A DNA stretch of 64,000 bases from the NCBI GenBank assembly GCA_026936335.1, contig JAPMXV010000037.1:124001-188000 (forward strand), in the 5' to 3' direction. The position numbers and the translations under genes were made by a program. Of this stretch, positions 10,803 through 22,355 are shown in pieces (within the stretch, counting starts at the first letter, position 1; every line of letters starts with the position of its first letter). Under the pieces are notes generated by a model. That model was not told the DNA's origin, did no database searches, and saw nothing but the letters and a program-made list of their open reading frames with translations. The DNA is from Mantamonas sphyraenae STR306. Taxonomy: Eukaryota > Protista > CRuMs.

Positions 10803-13800
10803 ATGTCTTGGGGTTTCCTCGGAAACATCCTGTCTGAAGAGCTAGAGGACGAGAATAACCTGTCAGCCCTGGCGGCAGCGGGAGCGTGGTCCCAGGAGGG
10901 GGGACTCCTCTCTGGCGAGCTGACATTCCATGCGTCCCCTGTGGCGCCATTGCCAGAGTACCACGCACCGCCGGGCCTGGACCTGCAGTACACGACACAA
11001 ACACAACCAGGAGGAGTTGCCGCCATGGTAGGGTCACACGGCGGACACGCAGGTGGTGTGGCGGACAACAGTCGCACCACGACGACGACGACGACGACGA
11101 GGAGGAGGAAGACGAAGAGGACGAAGAGAGGAGGATGATGACGACGAGCTGGTGGATGTGGTGGGCGGCGGACACCATCATCACCACCACCACCACCACA
11201 CCACAGCCACAGCCACAGCCACAGCCATCACCACCGGGACATCCACGAGCTGGAAATGCAACACACACTTGGCACCATGGATGCACTGCAGCATGGAGGC
11301 AAACATGTGCCACAGGGAGGCATGGCACACACTCCAGAGCTGGTACAGGTCAAGGTTCAACCGACGATTGCTTTCCAAGTTGCTCCCGGCTCGAGCAGCA
11401 GCGCCCACACGCACGACAGCAACCCCAAGGTCGTGTTTGAGACCTTCCAGTGCGGCACTTACACCGAACGCAAGAAGAAGCGTGGGCGTCCACGCAAAGA
11501 TCCGCCTCCAGAGCCCGAACCTGGCACGCCGCGGTTCATCGCCCTCTTTGCGGCAAGCAACCCGCGGCTGCTGGCGGACGTCGCCGTGCCCACGGCCAAC
11601 GACGGCTTCTTCGATGGCGACGAGGATGAATTCGTGCAGGATGGCGAGCAAGCACGCAAGCGCAGACGCACCAAGAAGAAGAGCGAGCCCAGCACAAGCA
11701 GTAGCGGCGTCAGCACAAACGGGCAGTCGGCCGCCGCCGCCGCGACGTTTGACGCGGAAGGAAACAAAGAGGCCCCAAGCGCAAAGAGCAACAACACACC
11801 GCGGCGCAAGAACAGACCGGTCACCAACGAATGTGGTTGGTGTGGGAAGGATGTCTCGCACATCACCTACCTTCGCAAGGGCCCCGATGGCGAGCAAAAC
11901 CTGTGTACGTCACGCAGCCAGTTCTCGATTCCCGAGTTCTCCCCTTGATGACACGCTTTCCCCAAGGACCATACGCCCCTACCACACCCACCCCGGCCCA
12001 GACACTGACCCCCAGCCCCTTTGTCACATTGCACACCCACTCATGGCACGAATGGCACGGCACTGCACCACGTCGGCCACCTCCCCCACAGGCAACGCGT
12101 GCGGCCTGTATTTTTACAAATACCGCAAGCTCAAGGACCTGCGCGTGATCCACGGCAGCAGCGGCACATTGACTGCTCGCGAGTTGGAGGCCCTGCGACC
12201 ACACTCTGCATCGCTGCGCAAGCATTTCTTCTCGGATGGCACTCCCAACCCCAAGTTTCCGCTGACCACGGGACCCAAGGGCTGGCGACCCAAGATGAGT
12301 GCACCCACCCAACAGAAGTTCTTTGTCAAGCCCGATCCCAGCGATCCGTACGGCCAACGCACAGAGTACCTGAGTGGCACGCCGATCAAGGGCCAACGAC
12401 GACGACGCAACAGCGCGGCCTCGTCGTCGAGCGGCGGCGGAAGGAGCAGCAAGGCGTCGCGCAGCCGACGCGACAGCAGCGAATCGGCCGCTGCCATGGA
12501 CTCGTACATACTCAGCATGAGCCCCAGCGGGGACAGCCGTGGCAACACCATGCACTCCACCACCATCGACGCCGAATACCAGGGCATGGTCGATAGCATG
12601 TCGTCGTCACGCCACAGTGCCCCTCGCACAGCACACGCTGCTGCCGCGGCTGCCGCTGCCGCTGCCGCTGCCGCATCCACAACACACCCATCATCATCCA
12701 CGGGGACGGCTGCATCATCGTCGTCGTCGGCGGTGGCAGGAGGAGGGGGAGGAGGAGGCCGGCGTGACGACACGTCGGCGTTGGACTTTGGCATGGGAAG
12801 ACTCAACGCAAGTGCAGCCAGTGTGCGCTCGTTGGTGGGCAATTCGAGGCTGCAAATGGAGGTGGCACGCCTGGCAGCGGGACAACCGTCGGAGGACATG
12901 GAGTTGGACGGGGCGGGCCACACATCGCAGCTGGAGGACACAGCTGCACGCAACAACGATGCACCGCTGGATGGGAATGAGCAGCAGCAACAACAGCAGC
13001 AGCAGGTTATGGAGGACGAGGATGAGGACGAGGACGAGGACGTGCACCTGAGCGAAGAGGAGCGTATGCTGAAGCAGGTGCTGGCACGCAACGAACAGCT
13101 GGTGAACCATGCCATGGTGTGGCGTCAGCGCACACAGTCCATGCTGAGTGAGTTTGAGCCAACCATTGAGTTGGCGCACGTGCACGGCGCAAGCACAGCG
13201 TCGCGTTCGCCCGTGCGCACAACACGCACACGAAGCAACTCCTTGAGCATCGAGGACAACGAAAGCGAGAACCCCACCATGCAGGTGCGTGGTCTCCTGC
13301 ACAAACACCTCGACGTTGACCTGCTGTGGCAGCAACACTACGCACAGCACGAGCAGCAGGCCCAGCAGGCCGTCCAAGGCCGCTCCCGACGCGTCGCCGC
13401 CCAAACTGCCTCGCTCATGCTCGACCAGTCCTACATGCGTCGCCGTGGACGCTCCACACCTGTTCACAGTGGCAACACACGTGGCACCGATGGCAGCAGC
13501 CATGAATCCACATCGCGAAGCACTCGCATGTCCACAGACCACGACGCTGTCAACCGTGTGGGTTCTCATCCGCCTGTGTTTCTGCACCGCAACCGAACCC
13601 GTGCGGCCACACTGCCCAGTTTCTTCAGCTGGGACGAGAAGCGTCACGTGTACACTCAGCTCGACGAGGACGGAGAGGCGGATCACAGCGCAGCCGTCGC
13701 CTGGATGGAACGAGGCGAGGCCTGGAAGGCCACGTATGCTTCCAAAACAAAGTCCAAGACGGGACGACGCAGGCAGGCGCAGAGCAACAAACCCGTGCTG

Positions 13801-14493
13801 AGTGACCAACGAGCACGCAACACCCTTCGCAAGCGTCACATGCCCCGCAAGGTCACCCTCCTGCGCAAGAGCATGGAGAGCAGTCTCCAGGCTCTGCAGC
13901 AGCTCAACCTTCCCATCGACCCCCACGTCAATGAGTACGTCAAGCCCAAGCCACACCTCCCAGCCTCGTTTGTTGAACGCAGCAGCGACGCCATTCTCGG
14001 CGACCTCACCAACCGTCGCCACGGCTATGGCACAGGGGAGAGCGAGGAGGAGGACAATGGCGACAATGACGATGACGAGGAGGAGGAAGAGGAAGAGGAT
14101 CGCATGGAAGAGGAGGAGGAGCAGACACCACGAAAGCGTTCCACACGCTCGTCAAAGCCCAGGTCGGCCAAGCGGAGCGCTCGTCGTAGCTTGCGCTCGA
14201 TTGCAGCTCAAAGCGAGGAGGAAGATGAGCAAGATGACATGGAGCAAGAGGAAGATGAGGAGCAGGTTGTGGACGACAGCCAGGAAGACGACGATGAGGA
14301 TGACGATTCCAGCGACCACGTCGCAAACACGCGCTCCCGCTCCAGGCCACAGCGACGCAGCACGCGTTCAAGCCCAGCAAAGTCGAACGGTGACAAGAAG
14401 CAGGCCACAACGCGGGTGAGCCCACGTCGCAAGCACGAACCCGTCGAGGAACAAGAGGCTGCTGCTAGCAGCACGCAATGCACCATTCAGTGA
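10803..14493 (+). CDS. GATA-type zinc finger transcription factor with AT-hook and long low-complexity regions (intron 11905-12091; apparent indels at 11070-11200)
   Basis: AT-hook KKRGRPRK. Zinc finger CGWC-GKDVSHITYLRKGPDGEQNL-C|NACGLYFYK is reconstituted across a GTACGT..CAG intron. Confidence 0.8.
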
Positions 14494-14525
14494 ATGTTCT
14501 CACTCACCTCCATTGTGAATTCCCA

Positions 14526-17500
14526 TCACCACGCAAGCAGCTCTCCCATTTCCGACTCTTGCCGTGTGCGATCCGTCGAGGCAACCCAGTAGGGCGTGGA
14601 GCTGTTGCTGGTGGTGGCGCCTCGGCCGCTGCTTTCCAACACCGCTTCCATCTCAATCTCCCGTCCGCGGCGACGCTCTTCCACCAGCTGCCAGATGCGC
14701 GACCAGTCAATGTTGCGCAGGAATTGCACCACAACCACCAGGAAGAGAACACTGATCAACGCGACCAGCACAAAGCCAAGCGTAACCAGAGGCCCACACG
14801 TGTCTCCAGTGCACAAGACCAGTTCGGGACGCAGCATAGCCATGCCATGCATGCCTGCCATTACACAGAGCATCCCCAGACTGACCAGCTCCAACACGTT
14901 GGCTGTGTACGAGGTGAACGGCCACACCAACACGTGCGCCAGTAGCTGGATATTTGTGGCAATGATCATCACCATGGCTCGTGTCGCCGCGTCCACGATC
15001 ACGCTGGCCACCGTAATGAGCACCAAGCGACGCGCAATAAACACACTCTCGTACCACCATCGGTTGTCGCGATAGTGCACACGAAGCTCCGTGCGCACCA
15101 CGTCGCGCCACGGCAGTTGCAGATCGCCACTCACGTGCGCCGCCTTGTAGTCTGCCGCCATGTTCAGCGATCCTGCAATGTCTGTGGATGATCCCTCGTG
15201 TGCCAGCAGGCCCAGGCGCATGGAATCGGTGCCGTGGTTGTCCCCGCTCCCATGGCCTTCCTGATCCGACTCGGAGTCGCTGCCGTCGCCACGCGTACGG
15301 CACCCTCTCGAGTCCATGGCTGCCAGGAAGAGGAGAAACGGAAAGGAGACCAGAAAGATGCTGAGGAGCGCTGCCATGAGCTGAAAGCGAGTGCCGTCGC
15401 ACAAGAACGCACCCGCACGCGCAATCACTGTCGGAGACTGCGGATCCAGCGGGTCCAAACGACGGCACTCCAGCAGCTGCGAGGTGGTTTTCGTCAGACT
15501 GGAGTACACAAGCAGAAGGACATCCAAAAAGGTGAGCACCAGACGATTGGTCATGGCCATCAGTCGGCCCTTGCCAAGTCTCCTGCGGAACATGCCCACC
15601 AAAAGGGCCACCACGACACAGATGGCCAGCAGGATGGCAGGCAACACATAGCCGACAGCCAGCTTTTCGATCGACGTCATGTTGGGCCACACACACAGAC
15701 CGCCGTTCGGAAGACCTTCGTGATGTTGCAACAGCGCGAGGGTGTCCAGCAGTCGCAGGTCGGCAATCTTGGATGCGGCCTTGACAAACCCCATTTTGTC
15801 GGTGTCCACCACCAACGGGGCCATTTGCAGCAGAAACAACGCCGATTTCAGCTGCGAACTCAGTTTGCGCCGTTTCAGATCCTTGGGCGAACCGTCGTGC
15901 GAGGTGCGCGGAAGCAACAACTGCACCATCACAAACACAAGGCCCATCAGGACACACATGACCATGAGACCCACGCCCGACGTGCACTGCTCGTTGAGCA
16001 CGCATCCCTCTGAACCCAGCACTTCGCTAAAGCCACCGTTGCAAGCGCCACAGTACGCCACACTCACGTTGCGATCTTTGGCACACGATTCGTTCCATGC
16101 ACATGACGCGTTCTGGCAGCACAGGCCACCCAAACACGTGAGCAGCACCAGCTGGTCGGGTTTGTACGGATTGCGCATCCCTTGGTACCCCGTCAGCACC
16201 GTCACGTTGCTGCCTCCAGGACACACGACGCCCACGTCGCCCATAGTAGCACGACACACGTGGCACGGGCGATTGTTTTGCGTCACACTGTATGTGCCGA
16301 ACGGACACTGCTCGCACGAAATGTCGTTCGGACGTTGCACAGCCGGCGATCCGAGGGGACACAAGTAGTGACCCTCGGTGCTCTTGGGTCCCATTTTCCC
16401 TGCATAAGTTTGGTCCACAGGCGGGAAAACGTCGTTTGGCTTTTCGTAGCTGACGAGATCCGAGCGCCCCGACGATGTAAGCTTGCTGTCGCTGCTCAGG
16501 CGCAGTGTGCTCGCTTCGTCGAGGAAAACAGCCTCGCTTTTGCTGGCCACGTTGTCGTGCATCATCACATTGTTCATGATGAGATGCGTGCCCAGCAGCA
16601 CAGCAGCACCGCCGCGTCCGCTCGGCACACGGTTGTTCTCAAACACGCAGCTGTCCATCGTCGTGTTGCTGCCCACCAGCAGCATGCCTGCGCCTCCCGA
16701 CGTGGCACGGTTGCCCACAAAGTGCGTGCGCGTGATGTTCACCTTCAGATCGGACACGTCCGGTGTCGCCGACTCTGTTACACCGGCGCTTGCACTGCCC
16801 AAGCTCTTGACCATCAGGCCGCCTGCATTCGTGGAATTGGCCACATTCGACGCAAACGTGCAGTTGTGCACTGACACAGTGCACAACCTACACCCGAGCA
16901 CGCCCAGGAACAGCCCGCCCACCTTGCCCGACACATTCGAGTCAAACAGGCAACCACGGATGTCCACAGAAAAGGCCATGCCACGCACGTCGACAGGCAA
17001 GTCTGCTGCACGCGTCAATTGCGTAATGTCCACATAAACCGCCCCCAGCGCTGACGGGGACGACACGCCGCTCACGTTCTCCTGGAAGACGCAGCCTTCC
17101 ATAAGCATGTCCATACGCAGGTCGCTCATGGTCACCACAAGTGCCGTGCCAATCACCCTGCGCAGGAAAATGACCCATGGGGTGGACGACGACGACGCAC
17201 GCGTTGTGCCCAGATTGTTCTCTTGCCACCTCGAATTGCGGATCCACAGTTTGCCCAACACACTCTTGGTCTGAACCATCACGGCGCCTGCCTGCAACAG
17301 CGACGCACTGTGGTGCTGAACCTCTGCCACACTCTGTGTGACCGTCAACGCATCGATTTCGATGCTGTTGTTCATGTTGGGTGCCGACCGGTCAGACGAA
17401 AACGTCGACGCTATCGCTCCGCTCATGCGCACAAACGCAGCAGTCCCATACATTTCCAGGCTGTTGAGCGCCATTCCGTACGACTGAGGCGCAACGGACT

Positions 17501-20500
17501 GCCGCGAACCGTCCAACGTCACATTGTGGATGCGGATGTGCGATCGACGCACGCGGATGCTGTTCAGATCCACCAACAACGCACCGCCGTACAGCCGCAC
17601 CGTGGGGGTGGTGCCCACAAACAGCACATTGTTCTTTGTCGCTTGCATGCCCTCCACCAGTACGGTCACATTCGTCAGATCCTGTGGCTTGTATGCCGCG
17701 GGGATCCGAGGGGGGAAGAACACAGTTTGATCCACACGCACAGCAAGGCCTCCTCCGCCCAGCTCGCTGGAGGCCTGGTTACACCTGCTGGTGACCACGA
17801 CCGAATTGGATTCAAACACGTTGTCCTTGACGACCACAGCGTGGTTGTACACGCCTGCAAACTGGTCGATGTTGGTCGTGGGATCGAGCAGCAGCTTGTG
17901 GCCGACCACACTCGACACACCCACACTGATGCCTCCTCCCACAGCGGTGGTGGCGTCGTTCAGGAGGACACTTGTCACTGACGACGTGCGCGGACGCACA
18001 ATGATGTGATTGTCTCTCACCAGGTTGTTGCGCACGTCCACAGCCACATCGGCCACCAGCGAGGCCGAATCCAACTGCACACACACACCACCGCCTTGGA
18101 TGTTGTATGTGGTGTGACAATCCATCGTAGACGGGTTGATACGGTTGTTGACCACCACGTTGCCGTGCAGATTCACCGTCACATTGCTGATGCGCGACGT
18201 ACGCGCCTGGATGACAAGCCCGCCGCCCTTGATGTACAGTTTCGTGTACAGGTCGCTGGTGATGAGGTTCTGATCCACGCGTGTATCCATCACAGTGGCG
18301 TCAAAGTGCGAGAGGGCAGACACGTTGCGGCGTGCCATGTACTTGTCCCGTTCCAGGCCATCGGGAATCACAGCAACCCCGCCGCCCACGGCGTCCATCA
18401 GGCCGTCGGTGATTGCACTCTGCTGGCACTTGACGTCCAGATGATTCACCTGAACCGTGCAGTTTTCCATATGCATGCGATGAGGCATGTTGCGCGGGTC
18501 GTCGTCCGTGCGCACCAGCACCAGGCCTGCGCCTGCGTTGATTCCAGCACACACTGAGCTCACGCCCGCTTGCTCAGGTTTCAGTCCCTGCGAATTCACA
18601 CTGTTGCCGCGCACCACGGTGTTGCGCACGTCCAAGTCCCCCGACACAAGCACGCCTCCGCCCATGCAGTACGCAAGAGCAATCAGCGGCGCACCGGGCT
18701 CGTTAGCAATGGCGTTGATGCATACCACCTGGTTGCTTTCCACAAGTGAATTGCGCAGATTCGTGGGGCCCTCCACAAGCATGCATCCTCCGGCTCCGTT
18801 GGACTCATCCAACGACTGCACGTACGCTGTGTTCCCTGTACACGTCAAATCGTCCACATCCATGGCAAAGTCGGCAAACAACCCAGCCCCGCCGGCCTTT
18901 GACTTGCGTGACGGTGCATTTGCCGTGATGCGGTTGCTGTGCATCTGAACGTGCTCAATCACACCCTTTCGGCCTCCGGCTAGATGGATTGCTGCGCCCA
19001 ACCCAGCCACGAACGGTTTCAGCAACAGGATGTCCTTTTGTGTCACCGGGGTGGCCCCCACGGCGTCGTACGTCACCTCAATGGTGTTGTCCTCGAACCG
19101 GCTGTTGCGCACCGTGACGTACGTCACGCCCGATACACTCAGGGCAGAGCCTCGTGCAATCATGACGTCGTTGTCACCCACAGAAATCTCATTCGAGGCG
19201 CTGAGGAGATACTTGATCTGATTCTTGGTGGCGTACATGTTTTCCACAGACAAGGAGCTGCGCGCCTGCAGCTCGGGGTTGTCGATTTTGATGGCAAACG
19301 CCCCAAGGGGCATGTACGTCGTAGCCGTTGATTGCTTGATCCAGACCAAACGCAGCTGCTTTTGCGAGCCGCTCAAGATGATGTTGGACATGGTCACGTT
19401 GGTGCAGTCATGGATGTACACGGCAAAGCCGTTTGTGCCGGACGATACCGCAGACAACGGGATTGCTGTTTGCACGTTGATGGGCACCGAATACTTGGTA
19501 TCGTACACTCGAATGTCGCTCAGAGCCACCTCGCCGTCGATGGACTCGATGGTAAAGGCGCCCCCCGACGAGCTGGCCACACAGTGGGTCGCGGTGATAT
19601 TGTGCATGGACACGTTGCCGTGGATGGACAGCGTGGAAAAGTAGAGCGGATTGACGCCGACATAGAGGCCAGCACCACTGGCTGTGAAGCGACGTTCGTA
19701 GAGTCCAACTTGATGGGTGTTGTCCACAAAGCTGGACATGTTGGCAAATGTGCTGTGGCGCACAATGAGATTGAGGGACCCGTTGTTGCGCGTGAGAATT
19801 GCAGCAACGGCGTCGCCAAAACGGAAGCTGGGGTCGATAAGGGTGGAGCTGGGGTGCATGCGGCTGTGTGTGTTGTGTTCAAGCACAGCGGCCTCCGAAT
19901 TGGGGCTGCCGGCTAGTGAGAGGAACAAGTCGCCGCCGATGGGTATGGGGCAGACGTTGCTCTCACAATCATCCGCATTGGAAATATAGTTTGCGTTGCC
20001 GTTGTCGTGAAATGTGTTGTGGGCAACGTAGACGGGATTGCGGGCACCTGGAGCGAGCTCAAAGTCCTGCAGCAAGTGGATTGCACCCGAGCTGAGGGCA
20101 AGCGATGGCTGGATTACTGTGACTCTGTCATGCGCAGCCGTAAAGGCACCGTTGTCGTGGACGCAGTTGTGAGTGATGGAGAGGGAACGTGCAGGCACAG
20201 ACTGGTGTACGTGCAACCCTGCCCCAAAGCCGCCCCAGTTGCGGGCAAACTCGCTGCGAGTGACATTGACACGCACGTCTGGGGCCCGTAGATCGACCCT
20301 AAACGCAGATGCATGGGTATTGACCTCGGCACTGACGCCGTTGTCGAGGATGCGAGCCTGGTCGACAAGAAGGGAGGCGCCTGCGGGAGGGGTGAGATGT
20401 ATATACACGTTGGGAGTGGGGGTGAGGCCGGAATGGCCTTGGAGACGCAGTTGCAAAAGACGGAGGTCAGCTCCCGGGCTGGTTGGTTGAAGAACGAGGG

Positions 20501-21143
20501 CGGGAGCATGCATGTTCCGCACAAACGAGGTGTTCTGCAGCAGGGTGAAGGAGTTTGCACCGGCAAGGGAGAAAATGCCTGTGGCTCGTGGGAGTGTGTT
20601 GTCTGCGATGATTGTGTCTGTGACGTAGAGGCGATCCACGTCTGTGAGGGCGAGCGAGGCGTTGCCGGACAAGGTGGCTGCTCGGACGTCCAGTTGTGCG
20701 GTGGAGTTGACGGCGAGGTCGACGCCGAAAAGCCCAGTGTAGTTGAAAGTGACAGAGGAAGCGGTGATGGCCAGGCGTGGCGAGAGAGAGTGAGCTGCAA
20801 GGTGCAGGGGACCGAAGGAGATCCGCGTGCACAGGAGCCAGCCGGAAAGGCGGAGCACCAGGTCGGCACGCTCTTGCTGGAGCTCGACAGCGGCTTGTGC
20901 GGGGCAGGAATATGCAATATGTTCATTGAGGTCGGAGTGGACCATAAAGGTAGAGGAGGCGCCAGCCTGCAGCGTGGTCAGGGCAAAGGCGAGAGACTTG
21001 CAGCTGGTCGGGCCGGCCGCGGCACCGCAGCCGGGACCATCGGAGCCCTGCTGAGCATCCACATGCACAGTCGATGCTGTTGCCCACGAGGTGCACGTGA
21101 CGAGCGTGATGAAGAGCAAAGCCACGCCAACACCGGAGCCCAT
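14526..21143 (-). CDS. large surface protein: signal peptide, right-handed beta-helix (Pmp/pectin-lyase-like) repeats, Cys-rich stalk, C-terminal multi-TM domain
   Basis: 2205-aa uninterrupted ORF with a signal peptide, recurring GG(A/G)x and FxxN/VxxN repeats, a CEQCPFGTYS Cys-rich region and about 8-9 hydrophobic helices with the Y...RWWYESVFIARR motif. Confidence 0.8.
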   Translation of the reverse strand: MGSGVGVALLFITLVTCTSWATASTVHVDAQQGSDGPGCGAAAGPTSCKSLAFALTTLQAGASSTFMVHSDLNEHIAYSCPAQAAVELQQERADLVLRLSGWLLCTRISFGPLHLAAHSLSPRLAITASSVTFNYTGLFGVDLAVNSTAQLDVRAATLSGNASLALTDVDRLYVTDTIIADNTLPRATGIFSLAGANSFTLLQNTSFVRNMHAPALVLQPTSPGADLRLLQLRLQGHSGLTPTPNVYIHLTPPAGASLLVDQARILDNGVSAEVNTHASAFRVDLRAPDVRVNVTRSEFARNWGGFGAGLHVHQSVPARSLSITHNCVHDNGAFTAAHDRVTVIQPSLALSSGAIHLLQDFELAPGARNPVYVAHNTFHDNGNANYISNADDCESNVCPIPIGGDLFLSLAGSPNSEAAVLEHNTHSRMHPSSTLIDPSFRFGDAVAAILTRNNGSLNLIVRHSTFANMSSFVDNTHQVGLYERRFTASGAGLYVGVNPLYFSTLSIHGNVSMHNITATHCVASSSGGAFTIESIDGEVALSDIRVYDTKYSVPINVQTAIPLSAVSSGTNGFAVYIHDCTNVTMSNIILSGSQKQLRLVWIKQSTATTYMPLGAFAIKIDNPELQARSSLSVENMYATKNQIKYLLSASNEISVGDNDVMIARGSALSVSGVTYVTVRNSRFEDNTIEVTYDAVGATPVTQKDILLLKPFVAGLGAAIHLAGGRKGVIEHVQMHSNRITANAPSRKSKAGGAGLFADFAMDVDDLTCTGNTAYVQSLDESNGAGGCMLVEGPTNLRNSLVESNQVVCINAIANEPGAPLIALAYCMGGGVLVSGDLDVRNTVVRGNSVNSQGLKPEQAGVSSVCAGINAGAGLVLVRTDDDPRNMPHRMHMENCTVQVNHLDVKCQQSAITDGLMDAVGGGVAVIPDGLERDKYMARRNVSALSHFDATVMDTRVDQNLITSDLYTKLYIKGGGLVIQARTSRISNVTVNLHGNVVVNNRINPSTMDCHTTYNIQGGGVCVQLDSASLVADVAVDVRNNLVRDNHIIVRPRTSSVTSVLLNDATTAVGGGISVGVSSVVGHKLLLDPTTNIDQFAGVYNHAVVVKDNVFESNSVVVTSRCNQASSELGGGGLAVRVDQTVFFPPRIPAAYKPQDLTNVTVLVEGMQATKNNVLFVGTTPTVRLYGGALLVDLNSIRVRRSHIRIHNVTLDGSRQSVAPQSYGMALNSLEMYGTAAFVRMSGAIASTFSSDRSAPNMNNSIEIDALTVTQSVAEVQHHSASLLQAGAVMVQTKSVLGKLWIRNSRWQENNLGTTRASSSSTPWVIFLRRVIGTALVVTMSDLRMDMLMEGCVFQENVSGVSSPSALGAVYVDITQLTRAADLPVDVRGMAFSVDIRGCLFDSNVSGKVGGLFLGVLGCRLCTVSVHNCTFASNVANSTNAGGLMVKSLGSASAGVTESATPDVSDLKVNITRTHFVGNRATSGGAGMLLVGSNTTMDSCVFENNRVPSGRGGAAVLLGTHLIMNNVMMHDNVASKSEAVFLDEASTLRLSSDSKLTSSGRSDLVSYEKPNDVFPPVDQTYAGKMGPKSTEGHYLCPLGSPAVQRPNDISCEQCPFGTYSVTQNNRPCHVCRATMGDVGVVCPGGSNVTVLTGYQGMRNPYKPDQLVLLTCLGGLCCQNASCAWNESCAKDRNVSVAYCGACNGGFSEVLGSEGCVLNEQCTSGVGLMVMCVLMGLVFVMVQLLLPRTSHDGSPKDLKRRKLSSQLKSALFLLQMAPLVVDTDKMGFVKAASKIADLRLLDTLALLQHHEGLPNGGLCVWPNMTSIEKLAVGYVLPAILLAICVVVALLVGMFRRRLGKGRLMAMTNRLVLTFLDVLLLVYSSLTKTTSQLLECRRLDPLDPQSPTVIARAGAFLCDGTRFQLMAALLSIFLVSFPFLLFLAAMDSRGCRTRGDGSDSESDQEGHGSGDNHGTDSMRLGLLAHEGSSTDIAGSLNMAADYKAAHVSGDLQLPWRDVVRTELRVHYRDNRWWYESVFIARRLVLITVASVIVDAATRAMVMIIATNIQLLAHVLVWPFTSYTANVLELVSLGMLCVMAGMHGMAMLRPELVLCTGDTCGPLVTLGFVLVALISVLFLVVVVQFLRNIDWSRIWQLVEERRRGREIEMEAVLESSGRGATTSNSSTPYWVASTDRTRQESEMGELLAW

Positions 21144-21250
21144 GCCTCAAAGGTTTTGTTGTTTGCGGACTCGCGGGCAGGCGGATGCCATGGAGGATCA
21201 CAGAGTGTGAAGGGGAGAAAAGAGGAGAGAAGATGCAAAAGGGAGAGTGG

Positions 21251-21784
21251 TCATCGCTCCACAGTGTCCAGTACGTGCTGGTGGCCTTCCCACTCGAGGA
21301 CAAAGTCTCCGTTCTTGTTCGGTTCGATTCGGTGCGCAATGCGCTGCAGCAGGTCGCTGGCAATGAGTCCGACGTCGCCCACAGGAGCGAGGTGGAAGAA
21401 GCGACCGTTGATGGAACCCACGCGAACATGGGATGGGTCAAAGGGCACTGTGAGAGAGGCGCCGTAAACGAGGTTTCCGGCCTGCAAGTCGTGAAACACA
21501 ATGGGAGTGTCTTCGACCGCAACAAAGTTCATCTCTCGGCCACATGGGGACACCCAAGGGTAGCGTTCTGTGTCCACGCCGGTCTTGTTTGGGCGGATGC
21601 GACGGAAAAAGAAATCCAGGGCCTTGGCATCCTTGACGCAGGTGGTCAGGTTGCGAGGACGGACGTTTTCAAGAAAGAGACGGCCGTTGTGGTCGACATA
21701 GTACTCATAGCGACGGGTGAAGGTGGCATAGGCACGGTGGACGACAGCAGCTCCGTTGTGGGCAGGGGGCACGCGAGCAAACAT
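21251..21784 (-). CDS. UPF0598 / C8orf82 homolog (DUF4505)
   Basis: Motifs REY.YYVD..G.LFL ([15 protein letters not shown]), [12 protein letters not shown] and [21 protein letters not shown]. The N-terminus resembles a mitochondrial presequence. Confidence 0.88.
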   Translation of the reverse strand: MFARVPPAHNGAAVVHRAYATFTRRYEYYVDHNGRLFLENVRPRNLTTCVKDAKALDFFFRRIRPNKTGVDTERYPWVSPCGREMNFVAVEDTPIVFHDLQAGNLVYGASLTVPFDPSHVRVGSINGRFFHLAPVGDVGLIASDLLQRIAHRIEPNKNGDFVLEWEGHQHVLDTVER

Positions 21785-21825
21785 GGTGGTCTGGGGAGGA
21801 TGCGTTGGCGCGGCCAGGGCAAAGC

Positions 21826-22296
21826 ATGTCGACCAAGTTGATTGTGGGCAAGGTGGTGAGCGACCGCATGACCAAGTCGGTGGTTGTGGCCGCCGACAGG
21901 ACGTTCAGGCACTCTGTGTACGGCAAGGTGGTGCGCAAGACGACAAAGTACATGGCGCACGACGAAGAGGTGAGTCTCCAATGCAGAGATGGGAAATGGG
22001 CGCACGCAAAGGCTTTGACAGGTGCAAAGCAGACGTGTGTGTGGCGCGCCCATGGCACGCTGTGAGACTCAGAAGGGTCTTGCAGCTGTGCAGGGGCGAG
22101 CGGGAAGATGGTTGCGGACGCATGCTCGCAGCTGGCCGCCCGGAGCAGGGGACAGGACACTGACGCGACGCCGGCACGTGGTGGACAGAACGCATGCAAG
22201 GTCGGAGACATTGTACAGCTGGTGGAGGGACGTCCGCTGAGCAAGCGGAAGCGATGGACAGTGACGGAGATTCTGGAACGAGCGCCGGAGCACTGA
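21826..22296 (+). CDS. MRPS17: mitochondrial (bacterial-type) ribosomal protein uS17, 1 intron (21970-22188)
   Basis: [27 protein letters not shown]|NACKVGDIV...[11 protein letters not shown]. Confidence 0.92.
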
Positions 22297-22355
22297 GCAG
22301 GGCCTATGGCAATGACAATGTGTGTGGACACATTGCTACAATCAACACAGTGGTT

